This document shows, piece after piece, positions 26,201-39,500 of a DNA stretch of 64,000 nt. Location of the stretch: NCBI GenBank assembly GCA_964057225.1, contig OZ059900.1, positions 21,018,001 to 21,082,000 of the forward strand. The letters are read 5' to 3'. Position 1 is the first letter of the stretch. Every line of letters starts with the position of its first letter. A model generated the notes under the pieces. The model worked only from the letters and a program-made list of their open reading frames with translations, had not been told where the DNA came from and ran no database searches. This DNA is from Auanema rhodensis (lineage: Eukaryota > Animalia > Nematoda). The position numbers were made by a program, and so were the translations under genes.

Positions 26201-28800
26201 TGAACACTAGAAAAATACAAAAACACAGTATTTCCCATGAGAAATATTTTATTATGCTGGAAAACCAGGTTTTGGAAATTTCGCTGTAAACAAGGTTTTG
26301 ACTTACGATTTCATGTGTTCAAACTCATGCAATGTCAATGAAACCTAGCTCAAAATTGTTCGTACAACGTCTAGTTCCACTTTCACGACAAAAAAACAGG
26401 GGTTAGAAAATTTAGGAAATTAGCATATTCTGAGGGCACGCCCCTTATGGCTAATATTGATTAAATCGATTTTTGTTCATATGAGTCGTCAAATGCAACG
26501 AATTTCAGCGTGTTACATACTAAAATGAAGCATTTCACATGCTGAACACTAGAAAAATACAAAAACACAGTATTTCCCATGAGAAATATTTTATTATGCT
26601 GGAAAACCAGTTTTTGGAAATTTCGCTGTAAACAAGTTTTTGACTTACGATTTCATGTGTTCAAACTCATGCAATGTCAATGAAACCTAGCTCAAAATTG
26701 TTCCTACAACGTCTAGTTCCACTTTCACGACAAAAAAACAGGGGTTAGAAAATTAAGGAAATTAGCATATTCTGAGGGCACGCCTCTTATGGCTAATATT
26801 GATTAAATCGATTTTTGTTCATATGAGTCGTCAAATGCAACGAATTTCAGCGTGTTACATACTAAAATGAAGCATTTTACATGCTGAACACTATAAAAAT
26901 ACAAAAACACAGTATTTCCCATGAGAAATATTTTATTATGCTGGAAAACCAGTTTTTGGAAATTTCGCTGTAAACAAGGTTTTGACTTACGATTTCATGT
27001 GTTCAAACTCATGCAATGTCAATGAAACCTAGCTCAAAATTGTTCCTACAACGTCTAGTTCCACTTTCACGACAAAAAACAGGGGTTAGAAAATTAAGGA
27101 AATTAGCATATTCTGAGGGCACGCCTCTTATGGCTAATATTGATTAAATCGATTTTTGTTCATATGAGTCGTCAAATGCAACGAATTTCAGCGTGTTACA
27201 TACTAAAATGAAGCATTTTACATGCTGAACACTATAAAAATACAAAAACACAGTATTTCCCATGAGAAATATTTTATTATGCTGGAAAACCAGTTTTTGG
27301 AAATTTCGCTGTAAACAAGGTTTTGACTTACGATTTCATGTGTTCAAACTCATGCAATGTCAATGAAACCTAGCTCAAAATTGTTCCTACAACGTCTAGT
27401 TCCACTTTCACGACAAAAAAAACAGGGGTTAGAAAATTAAGGAAATTAGCATATTCTGAGGGCACGCCCCTTATGGCTAATATTGATTAAATCGATTTTT
27501 GTTCATATGAGTCGTCAAATGCAACGAATTTCAGCGTGTTACATACTAAAATGAAGCATTTTACATGCTGAACACTAGAAAAATACAAAAACACAGTATT
27601 TCTCATGAGAAATATTTTATTATGCTGGAAAACCAGTTTTTGGAAATTTCGCTGTAAACAAGGTTTTGACTTACGATTTCATGTGTTCAAACTCATGCAA
27701 TGTCAATGAAACCTAGCTCAAAATTGTTTGTACAACGTCTAGTTCCACTTTCACGACAAAAAAACAGGGGTTAGAAAATTAAGGAAATTAGCATATTCTG
27801 AGGGCACGCCCCTTATGGCTAATATTGATTAAATCGATTTTTGTTCATATGAGTCGTCAAATGCAACGAATTTCAGCGTGTTACATACTAAAATGAAGCA
27901 TTTTACATGCTGAACACTAGAAAAATACAAAAACACAGTATTTCCCATGAGAAATATTTTATTATGCTGGAAAACCAGTTTTTGGAAATTTCGCTGTAAA
28001 CAAGGTTTTGACTTACGATTTCATGTGTTCAAACTCATGCAATGTCAATGAAACCTAGCTCAAAATTGTTCCTACAACGTCTAGTTCCACTTTCACGACA
28101 AAAAAAACAGGGGTTAGAAAATTAAGGAAATTAGCATATTCTGAGGGCACGCCCCTTATGGCTAATATTGATTAAATCGATTTTTGTTCATATGAGTCGT
28201 CAAATGCAACGAATTTCAGCGTGTTACATACTAAAATGAAGCATTTTACATGCTGAACACTAGAAAAATACAAAAACACAGTATTTCTCATGAGAAATAT
28301 TTTATTATGCTGGAAAACCAGTTTTTGGAAATTTCGCTGTAAACAAGGTTTTGACTTACGATTTCATGTGTTCAAACTCATGCAATGTCAATGAAACCTA
28401 GCTCAAAATTGTTTGTACAACGTCTAGTTCCACTTTCACGACAAAAAAACAGGGGTTAGAAAATTAAGGAAATTAGCATATTCTGAGGGCACGCCCCTTA
28501 TGGCTAATATTGATTAAATCGATTTTTGTTCATATGAGTCGTCAAATGCAACGAATTTCAGCGTGTTACATACTAAAATGAAGCATTTTACATGCTGAAC
28601 ACTAGAAAAATACAAAAACACAGTATTTCCCATGAGAAATATTTTATTATGCTGGAAAACCAGTTTTTGGAAATTTCGCTGTAAACAAGGTTTTGACTTA
28701 CGATTTCATGTGTTCAAACTCATGCAATGTCAATGAAACCTAGCTCAAAATTGTTCCTACAACGTCTAAATCCACTTTCACGACAAAAAAACCGGGGTTA
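20260..28800 (+). repeat. Local higher-order duplication of 12-13 monomers (boundaries approximate)
   Basis: The rare variants gttaaata, aacagtag, caataaaaacc, gacatacg, tctggtt, aaatttagg, gaagtatt, ggaattttc, ccaggtttt, aagtttttg, cgcctct and actata recur in the same order about 4.1-4.45 kb apart. Confidence 0.9.
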
Positions 28801-31800
28801 GAAAATTAATGAAATTAGCATATTCTGAGGGCACGCCCCTTATGGCTAATATTGATTAAATCGATTTTTGTTCATATGAGTCGTCAAATGCAACGAATTT
28901 CATCGTGTTACATACTAAAATGAAGCATTTTACATGCTGAACACTAGAAAAATACAAAAACACAGTATTTCTCATGAGAAATATTTTATTATGCTGGAAA
29001 ACCAGTTTTTGGAAATTTCGCTGTAAACAAGGTTTTGACTTACGATTTCATGTGTTCAAACTCATGCAATGTCAATGAAACCTAGCTCAAAATTGTTTGT
29101 ACAACGTCTAGTTCCACTTTCACGACAAAAAAACAGGGGTTAGAAAATTAAGGAAATTAGCATATTCTGAGGGCACGCCCCTTATGGCTAATATTGATTA
29201 AATCGATTTTTGTTCATATGAGTCGTCAAATGCAACGAATTTCAGCGTGTTACATACTAAAATGAAGCATTTTACATGCTGAACACTAGAAAAATACAAA
29301 AACACAGTATTTCTCATGAGAAATATTTTATTATGCTGGAAAACCAGTTTTTGGAAATTTCGCTGTAAACAAGGTTTTGACTTACGATTTCATGTGTTCA
29401 AACTCATGCAATGTCAATGAAACCTAGCTCAAAATTGTTTGTACAACGTCTAGTTCCACTTTCACGACAAAAAAACAGGGGTTAGAAAATTAAGGAAATT
29501 AGCATATTCTGAGGGCACGCCCCTTATGGCTAATATTGATTAAATCGATTTTTGTTCATATGAGTCGTCAAATGCAACGAATTTCAGCGTGTTACATACT
29601 AATATGAAGCATTTTACATGCTGAACACTAGAAAAATACAAAAACACAGTATTTCCCATGAGAAATATTTTATTATGCTGGAAAACCAGTTTTTGGAAAT
29701 TTCGCTGTAAACAAGGTTTTGACTTACGATTTCATGTGTTCAAACTCATGCAATGTCAATGAAACCTAGCTCAAAATTGTTCCTACAACGTCTAATTCCA
29801 CTTTCACGACAAAAAAACCGGGGTTAGAAAATTAAGGAAATTAGCATATTCTGAGGGCACGCCCCTTATGGCTAATATTGATTAAATCGATTTTTGTTCA
29901 TATGAGTCGTCAAATGCAACGAATTTCAGCGTGTTACATACTAAAATGAACCATTTTACATGCTGAACACTAGAAAAATACAAAAACACAGTATTTCCCA
30001 TGAGAAATATTTTATTATGCTGGAAAACCAGTTTTTGGAAATTTCGCTGTAAACAAGGTTTTGACTTACGATTTCATGTGTTCAAACTCATGCAATGTCA
30101 ATGAAACCTAGCTCAAAATTGTTCCTACAACGTCTAGTTCCACTTTCACGACAAAAAAAACAGGGGTTAGAAAATTAAGGAAATTAGCATATTCTGAGGG
30201 CACGCCCCTTATGGCTAATATTGATTAAATCGATTTTTGTTCATATGAGTCGTCAAATGCAACGAATTTCAGCGTGTTACATACTAAAATGAAGCATTTT
30301 ACATGCTGAACACTAGAAAAATACAAAAACACAGTATTTCTCATGAGAAATATTTTATTATGCTGGAAAACCAGTTTTTGGAAATTTCGCTGTAAACAAG
30401 GTTTTGACTTACGATTTCATGTGTTCAAACTCATGCAATGTCAATGAAACCTAGCTCAAAATTGTTTGTACAACGTCTAGTTCCACTTTCACGACAAAAA
30501 AACAGGGGTTAGAAAATTAAGGAAATTAGCATATTCTGAGGGCACGCCCCTTATGGCTAATATTGATTAAATCGATTTTTGTTCATATGAGTCGTCAAAT
30601 GCAACGAATTTCAGCGTGTTACATACTAAAATGAAGCATTTTACATGCTGAACACTAGAAAAATACAAAAACACAGTATTTCTCATGAGAAATATTTTAT
30701 TATGCTGGAAAACCAGTTTTTGGAAATTTCGCTGTAAACAAGGTTTTGACTTACGATTTCATGTGTTCAAACTCATGCAATGTCAATGAAACCTAGCTCA
30801 AAATTGTTTGTACAACGTCTAGTTCCACTTTCACGACAAAAAAACAGGGGTTAGAAAATTAAGGAAATTAGCATATTCTGAGGGCACGCCCCTTATGGCT
30901 AATATTGATTAAATCGATTTTTGTTCATATGAGTCGTCAAATGCAACGAATTTCAGCGTGTTACATACTAATATGAAGCATTTTACATGCTGAACACTAG
31001 AAAAATACAAAAACACAGTATTTCCCATGAGAAATATTTTATTATGCTGGAAAACCAGTTTTTGGAAATTTCGCTGTAAACAAGGTTTTGACTTACGATT
31101 TCATGTGTTCAAACTCATGCAATGTCAATGAAACCTAGCTCAAAATTGTTCCTACAACGTCTAATTCCACTTTCACGACAAAAAAACCGGGGTTAGAAAA
31201 TTAAGGAAATTAGCATATTCTGAGGGCACGCCCCTTATGGCTAATATTGATTAAATCGATTTTTGTTCATATGAGTCGTCAAATGCAACGAATTTCAGCG
31301 TGTTACATACTAAAATGAACCATTTTACATGCTGAACACTAGAAAAATACAAAAACACAGTATTTCCCATGAGAAATATTTTATTATGCTGGAAAACCAG
31401 TTTTTGGAAATTTCGCTGTAAACAAGGTTTTGACTTACGATTTCATGTGTTCAAACTCATGCAATGTCAATGAAACCTAGCTCAAAATTGTTCCTACAAC
31501 GTCTAGTTCCACTTTCACGACAAAAAAAACAGGGGTTAGAAAATTAAGGAAATTAGCATATTCTGAGGGCACGCCCCTTATGGCTAATATTGATTAAATC
31601 GATTTTTGTTCATATGAGTCGTCAAATGCAACGAATTTCAGCGTGTTACATACTAAAATGAAGCATTTTACATGCTGAACACTAGAAAAATACAAAAACA
31701 CAGTATTTCTCATGAGAAATATTTTATTATGCTGGAAAACCAGTTTTTGGAAATTTCGCTGTAAACAAGGTTTTGACTTACGATTTCATGTGTTCAAACT

Positions 31801-34800
31801 CATGCAATGTCAATGAAACCTAGCTCAAAATTGTTTGTACAACGTCTAGTTCCACTTTCACGACAAAAAAACAGGGGTTAGAAAATTAAGGAAATTAGCA
31901 TATTCTGAGGGCACGCCCCTTATGGCTAATATTGATTAAATCGATTTTTGTTCATATGAGTCGTCAAATGCAACGAATTTCAGCGTGTTACATACTAAAA
32001 TGAAGCATTTTACATGCTGAACACTAGAAAAATACAAAAACACAGTATTTCCCATGAGAAATATTTTATTATGCTGGAAAACCAGTTTTTGGAAATTTCG
32101 CTGTAAACAAGGTTTTGACTTACGATTTCATGTGTTCAAACTCATGCAATGTCAATGAAACCTAGCTCAAAATTGTTCCTACAACGTCTAGTTCCACTTT
32201 CACGACAAAAAAACAGGGGTTAGAAAATTAATGAAATTAGCATATTCTGAGGGCACGCCCCTTATGGCTAATATTGATTAAATCGATTTTTGTTCATATG
32301 AGTCGTCAAATGCAACGAATTTCATCGTGTTACATACTAAAATGAAGCATTTTACATGCTGAACACTAGAAAAATACAAAAACACAGTATTTCTCATGAG
32401 AAATATTTTATTATGCTGGAAAACCAGTTTTTGGAAATTTCGCTGTAAACAAGGTTTTGACTTACGATTTCATGTGTTCAAACTCATGCAATGTCAATGA
32501 AACCTAGCTCAAAATTGTTTGTACAACGTCTAGTTCCACTTTCACGACAAAAAAACAGGGGTTAGAAAATTAAGGAAATTAGCATATTCTGAGGGCACGC
32601 CCCTTATGGCTAATATTGATTAAATCGATTTTTGTTCATATGAGTCGTCAAATGCAACGAATTTCAGCGTGTTACATACTAAAATGAAGCATTTTACATG
32701 CTGAACACTAGAAAAATACAAAAACACAGTATTTCCCATGAGAAATATTTTATTATGCTGGAAAACCAGTTTTTGGAAATTTCGCTGTAAACAAGGTTTT
32801 GACTTACGATTTCATGTGTTCAAACTCATGCAATGTCAATGAAACCTAGCTCAAAATTGTTCCTACAACGTCTAGTTCCACTTTCACGACAAAAAAACAG
32901 GGGTTAGAAAATTAATGAAATTAGCATATTCTGAGGGCACGCCCCTTATGGCTAATATTGATTAAATCGATTTTTGTTCATATGAGTCGTCAAATGCAAC
33001 GAATTTCATCGTGTTACATACTAAAATGAAGCATTTTACATGCTGAACACTAGAAAAATACAAAAACACAGTATTTCTCATGAGAAATATTTTATTATGC
33101 TGGAAAACCAGTTTTTGGAAATTTCGCTGTAAACAAGGTTTTGACTTACGATTTCATGTGTTCAAACTCATGCAATGTCAATGAAACCTAGCTCAAAATT
33201 GTTTGTACAACGTCTAGTTCCACTTTCACGACAAAAAAACAGGGGTTAGAAAATTAAGGAAATTAGCATATTCTGAGGGCACGCCCCTTATGGCTAATAT
33301 TGATTAAATCGATTTTTGTTCATATGAGTAGTCAAATGCAACGAATTTCAGCGTGTTACATACTAAAATGAAGCATTTTACATGCTGAACACTAGAAAAA
33401 TACAAAAACACAGTATTTCCCATGAGAAATATTTTATTATGCTGGAAAACCAGTTTTTGGAAATTTCGCTGTAAACAAGGTTTTGACTTACGATTTCATG
33501 TGTTCAAACTCATGCAATGTCAATGAAACCTAGCTCAAAATTGTTCCTACAACGTCTAAATCCACTTTCACGACAAAAAAACCGGGGTTAGAAAATTAAT
33601 GAAATTAGCATATTCTGAGGGCACGCCCCTTATGGCTAATATTGATTAAATCGATTTTTGTTCATATGAGTCGTCAAATGCAACGAATTTCATCGTGTTA
33701 CATACTAAAATGAAGCATTTTACATGCTGAACACTAGAAAAATACAAAAACACAGTATTTCTCATGAGAAATATTTTATTATGCTGGAAAACCAGTTTTT
33801 GGAAATTTCGCTGTAAACAAGGTTTTGACTTACGATTTCATGTGTTCAAACTCATGCAATGTCAATGAAACCTAGCTCAAAATTGTTTGTACAACGTCTA
33901 GTTCCACTTTCACGACAAAAAAACAGGGGTTAGAAAATTAAGGAAATTAGCATATTCTGAGGGCACGCCCCTTATGGCTAATATTGATTAAATCGATTTT
34001 TGTTCATATGAGTAGTCAAATGCAACGAATATCAGCGTGTTACATACTAAAATGAAGCATTTTACATGCTGAACACTAGAAAAATACAAAAACACAGTAT
34101 TTCCCATGAGAAATATTTTATTATGCTGGAAAACCAGTTTTTGGAAATTTCGCTGTAAACAAGGTTTTGACTTACGATTTCATGTGTTCAAACTCATGCA
34201 ATGTCAATGAAACCTAGCTCAAAATTGTTCCTACAACGTCTAAATCCACTTTCACGACAAAAAAACCGGGGTTAGAAAATTAAGGAAATTAGCATATTCT
34301 GAGGGCACGCCCCTTATGGCTAATATTGATTAAATCGATTTTTGTTCATATGAGTCGTCAAATGCAACGAATTTCAGCGTGTTACATACTAAAATGAAGC
34401 ATTTCACATGCTGAACACTAGAAAAATACAAAAACACAGTATTTCCCATGAGAAATATTTTATTATGCTGGAAAACCAGTTTTTGGAAATTTCGCTGTAA
34501 ACAAGGTTTTGACTTACGATTTCATGTGTTCAAACTCATGCAATGTCAATGAAACCTAGCTCAAAATTGTTCCTACAACGTCTAGTTCCACTTTCACGAC
34601 AAAAAAACAGGGGTTAGAAAATTAAGGAAATTAGCATATTCTGAGGGCACGCCCCTTATGGCTAATATTGATTAAATCGATTTTTGTTCATATGAGTCGT
34701 CAAATGCAACGAATTTCAGCGTGTTACATACTAAAATGAAGCATTTTACATGCTGAACACTAGAAAAATACAAAAACACAGTATTTCTCATGAGAAATAT

Positions 34801-35694
34801 TTTATTATGCTGGAAAACCAGTTTTTGGAAATTTCGCTGTAAACAAGGTTTTGACTTACGATTTCATGTGTTCAAACTCATGCAATGTCAATGAAACCTA
34901 GCTCAAAATTGTTTGTACAACGTCTAGTTCCACTTTCACGACAAAAAAACAGGGGTTAGAAAATTAAGGAAATTAGCATATTCTGAGGGCACGCCCCTTA
35001 TGGCTAATATTGATTAAATCGATTTTTGTTCATATGAGTCGTCAAATGCAACGAATTTCAGCGTGTTACATACTAAAATGAAGCATTTTACATGCTGAAC
35101 ACTAGAAAAATACAAAAACACAGTATTTCCCATGAGAAATATTTTATTATGCTGGAAAACCAGTTTTTGGAAATTTCGCTGTAAACAAGGTTTTGACTTA
35201 CGATTTCATGTGTTCAAACTCATGCAATGTCAATGAAACCTAGCTCAAAATTGTTCCTACAACGTCTAATTCCACTTTCACGACAAAAAAACCGGGGTTA
35301 GAAAATTAAGGAAATTAGCATATTCTGAGGGCACGCCCCTTATGGCTAATATTGATTAAATCGATTTTTGTTCATATGAGTCGTCAAATGCAACGAATTT
35401 CAGCGTGTTACATACTAAAATGAAGCATTTTACATGCTGAACACTATAAAAATACAAAAACACAGTATTTCCCATGAGAAATATTTTATTATGCTGGAAA
35501 ACCAGTTTTTGGAAATTTCGCTGTAAACAAGGTTTTGACTTACGATTTCATGCGTTCAAACTCATGCAATGTCAATGAAACCTAGCTCAAAATTGTTCCT
35601 ACAACGTCTAATTCCACTTTCACGACAAAAAAACAGGGGTTAGAAAATTAAGGAAATTAGCATATTCTGAGGGCACGCCCCTTATGGCTAATAT

Positions 35695-35725
35695 AATAAA
35701 ACAAAATTGTTCGTACAACGTCTTT
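35695..35725. other. 31-bp junction insert at the forward-to-reverse switch, built from satellite fragments
   Basis: The insert reads aataaaa|caaaattgttcgtacaacgtct|tt. Bases 35693-35701 (ataataaaa) are the reverse complement of monomer 254-262. Bases 35702-35723 are an exact 22-bp copy of forward monomer 16-37. The final tt is unassigned. Confidence 0.9.
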
Positions 35726-36390
35726 TCGTAAGTCAAAACCTTGTTTACAGCGAAAATTCCAAAAACTGGTTTTCCAGCATAATAAAATATTTCTCATGGG
35801 AAATACTGTGTTTTTGTATTTTTCTAGTGTTCAGCATGTAAAATGCTTCATTTTAGTATGTAACACGCTGAAATTCGTTGCATTTGAAGACTCATATGAA
35901 CAAAAATCGATTTAATCAATATTAGCCATAAGGGGCGTGCCCTCAGAATATGCTAATTTCCTTAATTTTCTAACCCCTGTTTTTTGTCGTGAAAGTGGAA
36001 CTAGACGTTGTAGGAACAATTTTGAGCTAGGTTTCATTGACATTGCATGAGTTTGAACACATGAAATCGTAAGTCAAAACCTTGTTTACAGCGAAATTTC
36101 CAAAAACTGGTTTTCCAGCATAATAAAATATTTCTCATGGGAAATACTGTGTTTTTGTATTTTTCTAGTGTTCAGCATGTAAAATACTTCATTTTAGTAT
36201 GTAACACGCTGAAATTCGTTGCATTTGACGACTCATATGAACAAAAATCGATTTAATCAATATTAGCCATAAGGGGCGTGCCCTCAGAATATGCTAATTT
36301 CCTAAATTTTCTAACCCCTGTTTTTTTGTCGTGAAAGTGGAACTAGACGTTGTAGGAACAATTTTGAGCTAGGTTTCATTGACATTGCAT

Positions 36391-36594
36391 GAGTTTGAAC
36401 ACATGTAACACGCTGAAATTCGTTGCATTTGACGACTCATATGAACAAAAATCGATTTAATCAATATTAGCCATAAGGGGCGTGCCCTCAGAATATGCTA
36501 ATTCCCTTAATTTTCTAACCCCTGTTTTTTTGTCGTGAAAGTGGAACTAGACGTTGTACGAACAATTTTGAGCTAGGTTTCATTGACATTGCAT
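36391..36594 (-). repeat. Truncated 204-bp monomer (138-bp internal deletion)
   Basis: gagtttgaac recurs at 36049, 36391 and 36595 (spacings 342 then 204). The join gaacac-atg-taacacgc uses a shared atg at 36403-36405. Confidence 0.95.
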
Positions 36595-39500
36595 GAGTTT
36601 GAACACATGAAATCGTAAGTCAAAACCTTGTTTACAGCGAAATTTCCAAAAACTGGTTTTCCAGCATAATAAAATATTTCTCATGGGAAATACTGTGTTT
36701 TTGTATTTTTCTAGTGTTCAGCATGTAAAATGCTTCATTTTAGTATGTAACACGCTGAAATTCGTTGCATTTGACGACTCATATGAACAAAAATCGATTT
36801 AATCAATATTAGTCATAAGGGGCGTGCCCTCAGAATATGCTAATTTCCTTAATTTTCTAACCCCTGTTTTTTTGTCGTGAAAGTGGAACTAGACGTTGTA
36901 CGAACAATTTTGAGCTAGGTTTCATTGACATTGCATGAGTTTGAACACATGAAATCGTAAGTCAAAACCTTGTTTACAGCGAAATTTCCAAAAACTGGTT
37001 TTCCAGCATAATAAAATATTTCTCATGGGAAAAACTGTGTTTTTGTATTTTTCTAGTGTTCAGCATGTAAAATGCTTCATTTTAGTATGTAACACGCTGA
37101 AATTCGTTGCATTTGACGACTCATATGAACAAAAATCGATTTAATCAATATTAGCCATAAGGGGCGTGCCCTCAGAATATGCTAATTTCCTTAATTTTTT
37201 AACCCCTGTTTTTTTGTCGTGAAAGTGGAACTAGACGTTGTACGAACAATTTTGAGCTAGGTTTCATTGACATTGCATGAGTTTGAACACATGAAATCGT
37301 AAGTCAAAACCTTGTTTACAGCGAAATTTCCAAAAACTGGTTTTCCAGCATAATAAAATATTTCTCATGGGAAATACTGTGTTTTTGTATTTTTCTAGTG
37401 TTCAGCATGTAAAATGCTTCATTTTAGTATGTAACACGCTGAAATTCGTTGCATTTGACGACTCATATGAACAAAAATCGATTTAATCAATATTAGCCAT
37501 AAGGGGCGTGCCCTCAGAATATGCTAATTTCCTTAATTTTCTAACCCCTGTTTTTTTGTCGTGAAAGTGGAACTAGACGTTGTACGAACAATTTTGAGCT
37601 AGGTTTCATTGACATTGCATGAGTTTGAACACATGAAATCGTAAGTCAAAACCTTGTTTACAGCGAAATTTCCAAAAACTGGTTTTCCAGCATAATAAAA
37701 TATTTCTCATGGGAAATACTGTGTTTTTGTATTTTTCTAGTGTTCAGCATGTAAAATGCTTCATTTTAGTATGTAACACGCTGAAATTCGTTGCATTTGA
37801 CGACTCATATGAACAAAAATCGATTTAATCAATATTAGCTATAAGGGGCGTGCCCTCAGAATATGCTAATTTCCTTAATTTTCTAACCCCTGTTTTTTGT
37901 CGTGAAAGTGGAACTAGACGTTGTACAAAAAATTTTGAGCTAGGTTTTATTGACATTGCATGAGTTTGAACACATGAAATCGTAAGTCAAAACCTTGTTT
38001 ACAGCGAAATTTCCAAAAACTGGTTTTCCAGCATAATAAAATATTTCTCATGGGAAATACTGTGTTTTTGTATTTTTCTAGTGTTCAGCATGTAAAATGC
38101 TTCATTCAAGTATGTAACACGCTGAAATTCGTTGCATTTGACGACTCATATGAACAAAAATCGATTTAATCAATATTAGTCATAAGGGGCGTGCCCTCAG
38201 AATATGCTAATTTCCTTAATTTTCTAACCCCTGTTTTTTTGTCGTGAAAGTGGAACTAGACGTTGTACAAACAATTTTGAGCTAGGTTTCATTGACATTG
38301 CATGAGTTTGAACACATGAAATCGTAAGTCAAAACCTTGTTTACAGCGAAATTTCCAAAAACTGGTTTTCCAGCATAATAAAATATTTCTCATGGGAAAT
38401 ACTGTGTTTTTGTATTTTTCTAGTGTTCAGCATGTAAAATGGTTCATTTAAGTATGTAACACGCTGAAATTCGTTGCATTTGACGACTCATATGAACAAA
38501 AATCGATTTAATCAATATTAGCCATAAGGGGCGTGCCCTCAGAATATGCTAATTTCCTTAATTTTCTAACCCCTGTTTTTTTGTCGTGAAAGTGGAACTA
38601 GACGTTGTACGAACAATTTTGAGCTAGGTTTCATTGACATTGCATGAGTTTGAACACATGAAATCGTAAGTCAAAACCTTGTTTACAGCGAAATTTCCAA
38701 AAACTGGTTTTCCAGCATAATAAAATATTTCTCATGGGAAATACTGTGTTTTTGTATTTTTCTAGTGTTCAGCATGTAAAATGCGTCATTTTAGTATGTA
38801 ACACGCTGAAATTCGTTGCATTTGACGACTCATATGAACAAAAATCGATTTAATCAATATTAGCCATAAGGGGCGTGCCCTCAGAATATGCTAATTCCCT
38901 TAATTTTCTAACCCCTGTTTTTTTGTCGTGAAAGTGGAACTAGACGTTGTACGAACAATTTTGAGCTAGGTTTCATTGACATTGCATGAGTTTGAACACA
39001 TGAAATCGTAAGTCAAAACCTTGTTTACAGCGAAATTTCCAAAAACTGGTTTTCCAGCATAATAAAATATTTCTCATGGGAAATACTGTGTTTTTGTATT
39101 TTTCTAGTGTTCAGCATGTAAAATGCTTCATTTTAGTATGTAACACGCTGAAATTCGTTGCATTTGACGACTCATATGAACAAAAATCGATTTAATCAAT
39201 ATTAGTCATAAGGGGCGTGCCCTCAGAATATGCTAATTTCCTTAATTTTCTAACCCCTGTTTTTTTGTCGTGAAAGTGGAACTAGACGTTGTACGAACAA
39301 TTTTGAGCTAGGTTTCATTGACATTGCATGAGTTTGAACACATGAAATCGTAAGTCAAAACCTTGTTTACAGCGAAATTTCCAAAAACTGGTTTTCCAGC
39401 ATAATAAAATATTTCTCATGGGAAAAACTGTGTTTTTGTATTTTTCTAGTGTTCAGCATGTAAAATGCTTCATTTTAGTATGTAACACGCTGAAATTCGT

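Larger units (their letters stand above)
1..35694 (+). repeat. 342-bp tandem satellite, forward block A (~104 monomers)
   Basis: The unit starting caatgaaacctagctc recurs at 1, 343, 685, 1027, 1369, 1711 and onward (period 342, +/-1 from poly-A length variants). It is uninterrupted until ...tatggctaatat at 35694 (monomer position 122, numbering from window base 1). Confidence 0.99.

Noticed and set aside
35695-35725. Transposon insertion or footprint at the junction
   Set aside because: There are no terminal repeats or direct target-site duplication, and 29 of the 31 bases are explained by satellite fragments.
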